Shown here: positions 44,660 to 56,227 of the stretch, in pieces
Layout of the letters: each line of letters starts with the position of its first letter
How positions within the stretch are numbered: the stretch's first letter is position 1
Translations under genes and position numbers: made by a program
Assembly: GCA_973895155.1 (NCBI GenBank)
Contig: OZ316895.1
Location: 16,844,170-16,908,169, forward strand
DNA length: 64,000 nt
DNA from: Marsupella aquatica
Taxonomy: Eukaryota > Plantae > Marchantiophyta
Direction of reading: 5' to 3'
The notes under the pieces: generated by a model
Database searches by the model: none
What the model saw: the letters and a program-made list of their open reading frames with translations, nothing else
Told to the model about the DNA's origin: nothing

Positions 44660-44986
44660 CTCCCTCTTCTTTCCAACTACCGACAGCTCTGGTAGTAACA
44701 CAGCTTCCTCCACTGCACGCCGCACCAGTGATCGTACCGGTATCACTAGTTCCTCCTCAAACGGTAGTAGCTCCTCCTCAGACTCTCTATCTGATCATCG
44801 CGATCCTGAAGCTCCGCCGATGCCAATTCTTCCAGTATCCTCCGAGTCACTCATATGAAATAATCACGAGAAAACGTCTTTTTTCGAAACTTCTCACAAA
44901 ACTCAAAACTCAACACCGCCGCGTAGCCCACGAAGCTAGGAGTCCAATACTGAAAGCCGAAATCAAAATCCGTTGAGAGGTCACAG

Positions 44987-45258
44987 ACCGTGGGTCGTGG
45001 GTACATGCCTACCCAGACATACCCACATGACTCACGAACCGTGGGTTGTGGGATATCTTCTCACTCAAAACAAAACCTCATGGACCGTGGGTCGTGAGCT
45101 CAATACTCACTCAAGCCAAGACCTCACCACCTATGGGTCGTGAGCTCACTACTCACTCAAGCCAAGACCTCACCACCTGTGGGTCGTGAGCTCACTGCTC
45201 ACTCAAGCCAAGACCTCACCACCTGTGGGTCGTGAGCTCACTCCTCACACAAGCCAAG
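44987..45258. repeat. 46-bp tandem array in the copia 5' leader
   Basis: GTGGGTCGTGAGCTCAC..CTCACTCAAGCCAAGACCTCACCACC about 4 times (45085-45258) plus two degenerate upstream units. Confidence 0.9.
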
Positions 45259-46012
45259 CGCTAAATACGGCGGAAATTACGGATAAAGTACTATTTCTTA
45301 ATTTGTCATTTTCTTTGTGCCCTAAGTCACAGTTGCACCTCGCCTTTTTGCAGTGCCAAATTGCCATTTCCAACGAGAAAAGTGAACGCCGCCGACCGAA
45401 AATATTGCCGAATTGCACCGGCACAGTCTGCAGCTCCAGCAGAGTAAGAACTTCCGCCGCGTCACCTTCACTCCGCGTCAAGTGCCAATCCTGGACTCAA
45501 AATGACCGTCTTGCCGCGATCTCTCCGTTGAGCCCTAGCACTTCGCGTTTCTTCCTTCGAGTTGAACGTCACGACGAGTAACCCGGTTCAGGGAAAAACA
45601 AGCACCATAGCTTGTCAAAAAACCAGAACTCAACATCCACTCGTCACGTTTCACTCGGTATTAACTCGACAGTAACTCAACTACCGAAACGACCAGCTCG
45701 CTTCAACCTTCAACATGAGCAACAACATGCGACACCTACTACACCGCACAACTCACACCGTTGAAAAATGCGAACTTTGGTCTCTCCCCCGAAAACCCGT
45801 CGAACACGAATAAAACCTGAACGACATAAACTTTGATTCCTCCGCACCACGGATACCGATCAACGAGTTCTAACCACCGTTAGAAAGCCCTCTCACTAAC
45901 CTATCCGCTCAGCCACACACATTCAAGTTTCATGCGAAGAAACTCCGAATGTACCATCAACAATGAACGCTGGAAAATCTGTCACGAAAAAACCTCGTCA
46001 CCTCCCAGGTAT

Positions 46013-46024
46013 GCTCTAATACCA
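46013..46024 (-). promoter_or_regulatory. Primer binding site, tRNA-iMet type
   Basis: TGGTATTAGAGC two nt inside the 5' LTR; one mismatch to canonical TGGTATCAGAGC. Confidence 0.9.
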
Positions 46025-46026
46025 TT

Positions 46027-46370
46027 TGTTCAGCATAGACGACATTCATAACGGCAAGCCCATGAACCATCCAATGCACAATAGTCGACACAGAGAGATA
46101 TGTGGTTCACCTCCACATGAGGCTACGTCCACGGGAACACACAAGAGCTTTACTGCGCTCTAGGCCGGCCGGCCATACCAAGCATCCACAGCACAAGCTC
46201 TCCCTATCTCTCAACTAGCTCCGTAACAATGAGCCTAAGTTCCACCAGGGTTTGGCATCAGCCCTGGCTATATACACAACAGCACTACCGCTAACAATAG
46301 CTAAGTCCTAACCCGAGTTAGCCTAACTGTAGTTAGCTCATGAGTCACAAGACTAGAGCAATATCTAACA
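46027..46370 (-). repeat. 5' LTR of the copia element
   Basis: 344 bp, adjacent to the PBS, bordered by TSD GACTC. Confidence 0.97.
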
Positions 46371-48657
46371 GACTCCAGGGATCCTATGTGAGCGTAGCAA
46401 CATGTAGAGGTTTAGTATCCCTTTCAAGCTCTCAAATTCAGGAAAGCAAATTTCTCCCAAATTCTCCTCTAGCATATTCTTTATGTAGTTGTTGCTCAGT
46501 AAAAACTCTCCCAGCTTTCAACCTGGTAAAAGAAATGCCTTGATGGAGTATTAGTATGGAACATAAATACATGTTCTTTGTTTTCCTTGGGTTTTTTTAT
46601 AGGGCTTTGGAGAGCCAAATTCCCCCCTCCTTCCATCCCGGCCCATGTCCATAAATAAGGAGGCTGGTATAAGGAGGCTGGTATAGACAATAGGGCTACA
46701 TGGTACCAGGCTGGTTGACGGTTGAGCATTGCAGGGGCTAGAGGGACTCTGGTTGGAGGGGAAGTACGAGGGCTAGAGGGAGTGGATTTCAAAAGAAGGG
46801 GCCTTGTAGGCGATTATTTCCCTGGAGGAGCCCATCAAGTCTATTTCTCTGACATAACAGGACAGATTCTCAGTCTAGATTCCTTGTAGCCCCGTCAGCC
46901 ACTTTTTTTCTTCTGGTTTTGGGACTGGAGTACCTTCACTCTGGGAAACAATTTATATGATAAAATTCCTGATGCAAGAATGCCAGGAGTCTTTTGGCGC
47001 AACAACACCCAAAGTAAAATCTTATTACGTATAGTGCAGACCATGGGGGTGTGTGTTCCTTACCTGGGAAACAATCCATATCAAAAAAGTTCTGATGCAT
47101 GCATGTGAGGAGTCATCTGGACCACTATTGGGTGGGTATAGGGTTTTCCTTATACCAGCCAGGTAAAAGTATAGTGGACATCCCTAGCGCATAAGGTATT
47201 GGACTGGTATATAAGGTCCCCAAAAAATTCAAATATAGAGACATATTAAAAAAAATAATCTCAGATCATAGACTGGGTATAGGTAGCTATAGAATTTAGT
47301 GCAAGCTATACCTGGATAGTAAGGGTATAGGTAAAGGTCTAGAAAATTAAGACTCATAATAGCAAATTTTTCAATTTTGTGAACAGACAGTGAGAGCCCA
47401 AAAGACTGAATTGCTTATTAAGGTTGTTACTGTTAGTAGATATTGGGCCAAGTACGAACCATTAGATCTGGCAAAACTAATTCTCTTAGCAAGGTAAGGA
47501 TTTGGCAAATTGAGGGGATTAATTTCAATCAATTATTTTCTTTATATTGTGAGACCATTCTCCACAATTCCTAGATATATGGACTAATTAGGATTTTTGG
47601 GTTTATTTGGGTTGTATAAATGGGAGCATGTTTGGCAAACCTTCAAGTCCTTCCAGGCTTCATTTTCACATTTTCCATGCAGGCTTCCCCTTTTCAGTTG
47701 GTTGTGCTCAGGGCTAGGGTATTTGTAAGGTGTTTTCTTTTCTGTAAGGGGGCCAATGCCACTTGATGCAAAGGAGAAGATGCTACTAGTATTCCGTAGA
47801 TTAATGTATGATACTTACATCTCCCTAGAGTTAAAGATAATTGTGAGATACTTGCTTATCAAGACAAAGAGCCTTACAAAATTTTGCCAAAGTAACCAAG
47901 ACTTTTCAGTAAGTTTTCACCATAAAAGTGAGACATAGGGGTTTTCCCTCCCTTAAATGGCCAGTATTCACCACATTGAACAGTATTGACTAATTTGGGT
48001 AACCTGGATCCACCAGGTCTTTCTTCAGGGACAGTGGCCATTTAATTCCCTTCATCGTTATTCTCTTCCTTAATTTTTGGTGATATTATGGAAGAATTCC
48101 CAGTCCAGATGTCAATTGGGGTTTATGCAGCTTCTCTTTCACTTGAATTAATAAAATAAATAAATTTCCTTTAAGCCTTTTAATTTATTAGCTCTCCCTT
48201 GTAAGGGCATTATGTGCAACAATAGTCCCTCAAAACTCAAGCCAAAGCCCTCATTTTTTGGGGGTGTTGTGACAGCCATGGCGCATTATTACCCGGGCAT
48301 CAACATATTTAACAGCCTCAAAGATCTTCTCTTTTTAATTTTCAAGGCAACCTTGGAGTCAGAGGGGCAAGGCGTTCAAGATTTGAGTTGGGTCTTAGGC
48401 CAACCTTGCAAACTAAGGGTGGCTTTACAAGATGTTGGGGGCAGTTTCCACTTTTGTTTGGTCTCCAAGATCTGATCAAAGCCATCCATTTGGGAGTCTG
48501 CTACTGTTCACTTTACAAAACGTTGGGGGCGCTTTCAACCCAATGTGTTACCAATCCTACATAGAATGTAGTGGGGCCCAATTTTTGCTTATGTGGAGCA
48601 CTTTTGTCCTAGATTTTAGACCACCTCTCTTGGAGGTCTCTTCTTGTGGCCTCTTGG

Positions 48658-48925
48658 CAGTGTTTTCTATAGTGGCAAAAATTAGCTAGATTCCACCTCC
48701 CCAAAAATCATTTGCCACTTTTGGCTAAAATTTGCTACTTTTTTGCTGTCTCATTAGCCAGTGTTCCACCTAATCCCAGGCCCCATTAGCCAGAATCTAA
48801 ACGGTCCGCCTTAAATATAGGGAGATCTGACGGTCAGGAAAATAATTGAATACAGAATCTTTTGAGCATCTTCTCCTTGACGCACTTTACATTCGCAAAC
48901 TTGGTGAAAAAGTGAAATCCTTAAA
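48658..48925 (+). mobile_element. hAT-like dispersed terminal repeat, copy 3
   Basis: Starts CAGTGTTTTCTATAGTGGCAAAAATTAGCTAGATTCCACCTCCCCAAAAA; colinear with 1270-1550. Confidence 0.6.
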
Positions 48926-49596
48926 AAATACACTGCCTCTTGGTCCATTTCTATTTTAAGTCATTTGCATTAAAAAGGGATCCACAAGTCCTTCATACTG
49001 AGATCTTCTCACACCTAGAATTTTTTTAGCCAAAGACTAAGTGACATTCAAGTGGAGTGGGTCCTCAATTTGTCTTTTAGTAAATTTATCTGGCACCACA
49101 GGTTGCACTTGGCTTTTCAAGACCTTGGAGGCAATAAAAGGATTCAAAAAATGCTTTAAACCTGGAGACACTATATTTAGTGTGTGCAATAGCACTCCAG
49201 TTTGCTTTTGGTGCAAAAAAAACTCCCAAGTGCTCCCAAGGTCTTGTAAATTACTCCTAAGCCATTGGCCACCCCCTGTTAAGTTTCCACCAATGCTGCG
49301 CTTCCACGTCACAGACTAACTCTATCGCGTAACCCCAAGCGAACCTGAAAAACTCTCTCATAATTAGGAGTGGAAACCCGAATAGTACCGGGTTTCATGG
49401 CTCTTCTTGGGAGTCGTTCCTTCCCACGAAGTTCACAACAGTCTCCACTAATGATCACACTTTTGTCAGCTCATTTTCTGCTTCGTTTTTGTACTCTCTC
49501 ACACTGTCACTCATCACTCTTTACGGATTGTCAGGCAATAACAAACCGCATCACTGCCACGCCATCCGCATGTCACTCGCACAGAAGGAGGTCATT

Positions 49597-49983
49597 CATT
49601 GTGCAGCACTCTCTGTTCGGGAGACCCAGAGAAAGACGAATCGTACGACCTCTTTGCGGTGAGTTCTCGTTCCAATTCGGATTTTTTCTGGAGTGAATGG
49701 AAATTCTGTCATTGTGTCTCTCTCCTTGGAGCTCTCTCTCTCTCTCTGTAGCAAGTGCGGTGCACGTTGTGCATCGGGAACTCGCAAAGAACGAGATCAT
49801 TGTACAGCTCTCTCTCTGTTCGTGAGACCCAAAGAAATGCAAATTGTTCGATCTTCTTTGGGTGGGTTCTCGATTCAATTCGGATTTCTTTCTGGATTGA
49901 ATGAAAATTCAGTCATGGTCTCTCTCTCCATCTCTCCTTCTCTCTCTCAGTGTGGCAAGTGTGCTGCACGTTGCATTAGGAAC
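49597..49983. repeat. Diverged tandem duplication, ~200-bp unit, in the probable 5' leader of the F-box/kelch gene
   Basis: TCATTGT.CAGC.CTCTCTGTTCG.GAGACCCA...CAATTCGGATTT...TGAATG.AAATTC.GTCAT...GCAAGTG.G.TGCACGTTG twice. Confidence 0.82.
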
Positions 49984-51857
49984 AGCTTCATTGGATGGAC
50001 GTTTCAGTACGTGAGGCGTTGTCCGCTGTTCGGGTCGTGTGAATGAATGAGACATTGGCCTTGTTTGGTGATGAGTCTCGTAGATCTGCCCTTTGAGCTA
50101 AATTCTACCATCTGGTTTTCAGTTCCTTTGCCATCCTGTTCACTTGCTATGATCCGGGGTTTGGATAGTTTCATTCGCGGAACTGCAGGCTTTTGTCTGT
50201 AAGTGCATGGTTCTCTGAAGGGTTTGATCACCAAGATCGAAATTCTTGAAGCTGTCCGTGGGGTCTGATGATGTGTAAATCTGTTTTTGATTTGAAACCG
50301 AATTCAGCCATTGAATGAACCATCTGAGATTTTAGTCATTCACTAGCCCTTATGGCTGCTATGGAGAGTGTTGTCGGTGATCGAAGGGATGAAATGGTAA
50401 TGCAGAGACGTACATTCTTTTAGGTCTTCGAGTCAAAAGTTTTGGTAATTCTGGCTATATAGGGTAACTTTTGAGGTACATGGGAGAGGTTGCATCAAGT
50501 TTTGATAATGTTGTAATGTGTAATTGCTTTGGCACCACCCTTTCCTCATTAACGTCAACCTAGATCAGTTTTATCTGTGACACCACGGGATCAGCAGCTT
50601 GTCGTGTAGACATAAGAATGATAGGTTCGGTTAGAAAGATCGTGGTTATATATGGTGGAGAAAATACAAATTGTGGTGAAAACTTATACGAGGGTACGGA
50701 AATCTTGCTTGGCTTATTATGTTCTCAGGACGCAAATCTCTTGGATTGTACACATTTCACTTCGAGGCAGGTCACCTTGCGATCCGCACGGCAGAGCTGT
50801 CACGTACGGGATGAATATTGTACTACATGAATTTTGCGCGAGTCTCTTTTACTTCGTCCCTCGATGTCGACGAAAATAAGTTGAGTGATAAGCTTACGGC
50901 TTACGGCTTTCGCTAGAGAACAGAGGACCTGCAGCACTGGTTAGACAACCTTTAGACAAGGACATTGGGAAAACGGCTCGTTATTGATCGGAATTGCTTT
51001 GCGAGGAGCATTGATTGCACCCAGTCATGTGGTTTCCAGTGTGTTCTGAAGTTCTCTGGCACAGAATCAGAGCTCGCAGCTCGCAGCGTGGATATTTGTG
51101 GAGATTGTGGATGATCGATGGTGGCATATTCGGTTTTTATATTCCTGATCTATATGTTCCGCACCGCAAGCAGAATAGGTTTTAGGTCGAATCCTTTGTG
51201 ATGCTTATTCTCTACTTCCAGATGAGAAGGTCGTCGTGGCGCGTCAGTTAAGGCACTGGGGAGCTAGAGCCGTTTTTCCATTCTAGTCTTGCTTTTACTT
51301 TGCTTTTATGTGGAGGCCTTTCGGTGTCTGGTGGTTGTTACAGAAGCAGAAGTACTATCACTTACTCACCGTACGCATTTATTTTTTCGGTTTCTGCAGC
51401 TGAAGCGGTTCGTATTATGGTCGGTTCTTCGGTGAGGTTTCTCGTAAGCTTTGGAACCAGCCCAAGATGGGTGATGGCTCGGACAATCTAGAAAAGCGCG
51501 TAGACATCGACGGGATGGAAGACGAGCTGTTCCATCCGTCAAACTTGTGGATGTCGGGAGAAGTGAGGAAGCAGACCAGGATTGTGTGCGATTCCACGAT
51601 TTATGTGATTAGGTGTTGACGGTGCAGATGGTCAGATGCATTGTTCCAGGAGACCATGACCACTCAACGTGTAGGGGGAGTCATTAGGGGATATTATTAC
51701 CGAGCGGGCGCGGATGATTTATTGGCTCCCCGGCGACTTGCGTGTCTGAAAAGTTGGTTTAGAAACTTCCTGTCGCTGATAGCGTAGACTTAGCGAGCAG
51801 GAAACTGAGAGTAGGGACTTGCCTCGGGGAAAACTAGAAAGGTCAGACGTGTGTAGT

Positions 51858-53030
51858 ATGGAGTGCGAATATGAGTACGAGGAGCTGATTCCAGGTCTTC
51901 CGAATGAGGTGACCATCGAACACATCTCGACCAAAGTGCCATGGGGAAAGCTCTTCTCAGTCAACAAAAGCTGGCGCCGTGCGCTCACAAGTGGTCAAGT
52001 TCACGAGGCGAGGGTTCGAACAAACTCTACTCAACTACTCGTGGCCATGATCCATTACAACCCTTCTTCGGTACAAACAAGATTCACCACCTTCGAAAAT
52101 TTTGAGGATATTCAGTTGGTATTGGATCAGGTGATTTCTTTGTACAGTCCATCGGCAAATACCTGGCATCAGCTTCCCCTAATAGATGGTGTTGAAACGG
52201 GTATTCCTCATTTATGTGAATGCGTGTTTCTTCACGGTAGGCTTTACATTATTGGAGGCTGTGACGAGGCAAACGGGGTGGTATCCAGTAAGGAGGTCTA
52301 CTCTATGGATTTGTGGGGTGGGAAGCCTAGTTGGATACGATGTGCGGATATGTTGCAGCCAAGAGAGGGATTCTCTAGCGGTGTGATGGATGGAAAAATA
52401 TACGTGTTCGGGGGAACCGCGTCGGAATCAGATGAAGCTGCAGAAACGTTGCCACAAGCGGAAGTGTATGATCCTATCACGAATAGTTGGAGTCCACTAG
52501 CTCCTATGCTACACTCAAGTGCAGGGGACAGTCCGATTATAGAAGAAGCGTTCACGCTGGATGGTTTCTTTCTTGTAAGGTGTGGATTCCGTGATCCCCA
52601 CAACACTCAAAAATTTGTGGAGATTTATAATCCAGAGAAGGACCAGTGGTGGAAACTTGAACGTGATATTAATACATTTGGGCCGGGGACTTTCATGATG
52701 ACAGTAGCCGGAAATTTCTACTTCTTTGAGCACAACAATGTAGTCTTCTATGATTTTCGGACTCGTTGCCCCACTGCACAGCCGAATTCATTGAAAGTCA
52801 TCAATGAGACCAGAGAGTTGGATAGTGGACATGTGTTCAGTGCAGCACCGGCAGGTGGTGGTGAAGTTCTGGCGTTGCATTATTGGGCGCCATCGCCCAG
52901 AACTGGTAAGACTATCCTTCTCAAAAGCAAAGGTCTGGGCAAGCCCAAGTGCAGCCTCCAGTGGGAGAATCTTCAGTGTGAATATGAATTTGACTCTCGA
53001 TACACTCGGATGTGTGTTGTGGAGATATGA
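51858..53030 (+). CDS. F-box/kelch-repeat protein, intronless CDS, ~390 aa
   Basis: First ATG at 51858; F-box-like LIPGLPNEVTIEHI...SVNKSWRR; kelch repeats GRLYIIGG, W.RCADM.QPR..F..GV.DGKIYVFGG, AEVYDP.TNSW..LAPM, VEIYNPEKDQW. Confidence 0.9.
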   Translation: MECEYEYEELIPGLPNEVTIEHISTKVPWGKLFSVNKSWRRALTSGQVHEARVRTNSTQLLVAMIHYNPSSVQTRFTTFENFEDIQLVLDQVISLYSPSANTWHQLPLIDGVETGIPHLCECVFLHGRLYIIGGCDEANGVVSSKEVYSMDLWGGKPSWIRCADMLQPREGFSSGVMDGKIYVFGGTASESDEAAETLPQAEVYDPITNSWSPLAPMLHSSAGDSPIIEEAFTLDGFFLVRCGFRDPHNTQKFVEIYNPEKDQWWKLERDINTFGPGTFMMTVAGNFYFFEHNNVVFYDFRTRCPTAQPNSLKVINETRELDSGHVFSAAPAGGGEVLALHYWAPSPRTGKTILLKSKGLGKPKCSLQWENLQCEYEFDSRYTRMCVVEI

Positions 53031-53105
53031 GCTTCTTCAATGTAGAAAAAGGGGCAGATTCATCAGTAGTTCAACCTGGGAAATAAGGAAGAAAGAAAAC
53101 TGAAT

Positions 53106-53194
53106 TGGGCAAGCCCAAGTGCTGCCTCCAGGGGGAGATTCTTCAATGTGAATATGAAGTTGACTGAGTACACTCGGCTGTGTGTTGTGGAGAT
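53106..53194 (+). repeat. Decayed copy of the last ~30 codons of the kelch gene
   Basis: TGGGCAAGCCCAAGTGC.GCCTCCAG.GGGAGA.TCTTCA.TGTGAATATGAA.TTGACT...TACACTCGG.TGTGTGTTGTGGAGAT duplicates 52936-53027. Confidence 0.9.
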
Positions 53195-56006
53195 CGTCGG
53201 TGGAGAGACATAGGTATAGTCATCAATGGTGAACTACTGAAGGAAGGAAGAAGGCGTCTTTTTTTATCTGTCCGCGTCCGAGTCATTTGAGGAGCTTATT
53301 ATTTCTAATTTTGTCACCAATGGACTCAAACAAAGCTAGTCTATGCTTGCATTGCTGAACTTCCTTTTTACCATTGGCCTGCAAGCAGTACTGACTTTGA
53401 CACCTAGTTGCCATTAACGTGGATCTATGCCTTGGCGAGCAGATTTGGCTTGTGTCGAGTCTATGATGATCTTCTTATCCCAGAGCTAGGTTTCCTTCAC
53501 AATTGACATTCCTATCTCTATTGATGGGAAACAGATACTGCAAGTTTTGATCATCTGTTGGTCAACCTTTTTTGTACGGAAATGCTTCCATTGTCTTGAC
53601 CTCAGAGTAGAGGCAGTGGTTTTTGAGACTTTGCTTGGCCAATAAGCAATTTAATTGCCTCGAATTCTATCAAGAATCCTCTAGCAAAGGGGTCTCCTCT
53701 CGCCATGAAAATGTATTGTCACAGTTAAACATGAGTATTTTGAGTAATCTCAAAAGTCTTTCTTTTGTCAGTTGATTTGAGATGAGCGAGGTGGGTTTAG
53801 AAGTGCGCGGTCGTGATAATTCTCCTGAAAATCGAGAATCTCAAAAATCCAACAGTCTTGAAGCTGGAAGCAGAGTGCCTCTGCTTCAAGGTACTTACTT
53901 CGTTCTGTAGTTTTGAATGCTTCTGGCCAGGATGTTTGGACTGTAGTTCTGCACCAGTGGGTTCGACCACTTTATGGGCAGACCTCTTTGTGGGCAAAGA
54001 AAGCACAAGAAAGGGAAAAACGAAGCAGGGGTGTGGATCATGGTTAGCCTGTTGAGATTAATCCTACTTCGTGATGGAAGATCAAACCTTTTGTTGCTTA
54101 CACGTAGAATCTGAATTGTTGTTCAGTATCATCAGGTAGGTTGATCTCCAACACTCTTGATTGACTTCCGCCAATTTCTCAAATTCTTTGGAAGACATGC
54201 CAACATATGCTCAATATTAGACTGAGCTACTCATTCTACAAACAATCGTGGAATATCAAATGTTCCTTGACAGCATTGTTGTAATGTCAGGCATCAAGAG
54301 CCAACTGTGTCGTAGGCCCACTTGTTGCTTCGTCAAGTACTCCTGTTGCTACCAATCAAAAGGGATCCAAACTAAATTGTTGTTGAGGTGTTGGTGCTCA
54401 GAGCTTGCCTTGCAGGAGATATGCTGCTGTGACAATTGGAACCTCTTGAAAGAAAATCTTTGCTTTATTTGAAACATTCTATAAAAGAAGATGCATGGGA
54501 TTTTACTAAAATTACACTTGATTTGTAATTGACTCTCTGATTGGGAAGATCTGAGTAAACTAATAATATGTGATTAAAAATGAGACTGACTAGAGTACAT
54601 GACGCCTCTAGACTGCGAATCTGGGTGGTGAGGCATTGTAAATCTGGGGTGAGGCAACAAGTGGGGACGATATCTCAGCAAAGTTTGGGCAGTCAAACTA
54701 TTTTGTGAAAAAAGAGTTCAATTGCTAACCTGGAATATTGGCAATTCCTTTTACAACTGCACACTTCCAGAAGTGCAACCACTTGGTCCACCTTGATGCA
54801 AAATGTTACCTTAAACAAAAGAAGAAGCATATTCGCTATTAATCTGGACAACTTTTCCTCTAGTGTGCCTGGGTTAGCCACTAAGGGTTGAAATAACCCA
54901 TATATGAAATGCGGGCAACTTTGTAAATAAAATTATGGGCATACATAGTAACACAATTTTGATTAGGAGGCTGTGTTGGCTGAATTCATTGTGTACTGTA
55001 TCATAGCAAAAATCTGGCACAAGCTTGGTGGAGCAAATGGAAAAAGATGGTACCAGTTAATACAACTTAGGCTAAAGGAGGAATGGAAATGATGGCAGAA
55101 ATGGCATTGAGTTTGGTTCAAACCCACATAGAATGGGTCCATCCACAATGACAAACTGGTGGTGTCACCTAGGATACCTTTTTAGATCCAAAGTTACAAA
55201 CAAATTTGGTAAAACTTGACATTTATTAAATTGCAACCAAAAACTAGAATTAATTAATACTAAGATCACTATGTCTAAAATCTGAGTCATATGCCATAAA
55301 TTTTACCAGAGACTACTTGACTTGGATGGCCCACATAGTGCCACATATCTCCTTGCCAACAGCAAACATCTGTAGAAGACAAACCCCTCATCTAGATAGA
55401 GTTTGAACCCTGGCTCATGCCCTCAGCCATAACTACAAGGGCCAGGGGCAATTGAGGGTGAGGGCAAGGAGTCACCTGGTCTTGGCCACTGGTCTTGTTC
55501 AAATGGGCTGCTCATTGACAACATGCAAATGTGCAACATTTAACAAGTGATTAGTTGACACAAGAGACAGACAATTCACCTCTCCAAAGGCCAAGTCTAT
55601 GGAAATGCATATCATGAGAGTTTGATTGCATTCTAGACCCATCAACCATACAAAATCTCTACACCACAAGCTCTGGTATCTCTTCAATGATTTTGGAACA
55701 AAGCCACTAACAATGAACCTAAGTTTCACTCACAAGCTAACTCCTAATTGTGTATATTCAAAGTAGCACAATCATTTAATCTTGACCAAGGAACAATTTG
55801 ACTGAAGTCAGTCTACCTAAGGTTACAGATCGAGAAGCTCTAGAAGAGTAAATGTCTGACTAACAAGTCTCAACCCAACTATGTTACATGTCTCACTGGT
55901 GCTCTTTGCCTCCTCACACTCACAGATGACTATGTTTCAAATCTGAAGACAGTGTTCTGACTTCACCAAATGAACCACACTTGAACTGATGGTGGATGCA
56001 GAGGAT

Positions 56007-56227
56007 GGGCCTATAGCCCGCCTATAGCTCAGTGGTAGAGCCCTACCATGTACACGGGCAGTCCTAAGTTCAATTTCTAGCTGGTCCATGCTGCTGAAAG
56101 TTCCAACAGGGTTCCACCTATTTTACTTGTGGTAGAGCACTACCATGTACACAAGAGGTTCTAGGTTCAATTTCTAGTTGGTCTATGCTATTGAAATTCC
56201 AACTGGGGTCCACCTATTTTACCTCCT
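56007..56227 (+). mobile_element. tRNA-derived SINE-like element / tRNA pseudogene, two tandem copies (second 5'-truncated)
   Basis: Pol III A box TAGCTCAGTGG and B-box-like (A/G)GTTCAATTTC at tRNA spacing; head ends TGGTC(C/T)A; shared ~38-nt tail TGCT..TGAAA.TTCCAAC.GGG.TCCACCTATTTTAC; the anticodon arm does not pair. Confidence 0.65.

Larger units (their letters stand above)
40013..46370 (-). mobile_element. Full-length Ty1/copia LTR retrotransposon, coding-inactivated
   Basis: Two 344-bp TG...CA LTRs (40013-40356, 46027-46370); 5-bp TSD GACTC at 40008-40012 and 46371-46375; PBS and PPT present; domain order gag-PR-INT-RT-RH on the minus strand. Confidence 0.98.

Noticed and set aside
49725-49750. 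miR156/miR529-like target site GCTCTCTCTCTC
   Set aside because: Low-complexity CT microsatellite lacking the specific flanking matches
51858-52992. CEYE(Y/F) at both ends of the kelch protein
   Set aside because: Too short to distinguish from chance
56007-56088. Functional tRNA gene
   Set aside because: Anticodon stem cannot pair, the 5' acceptor strand is disrupted by a short duplication, and the B box is degenerate
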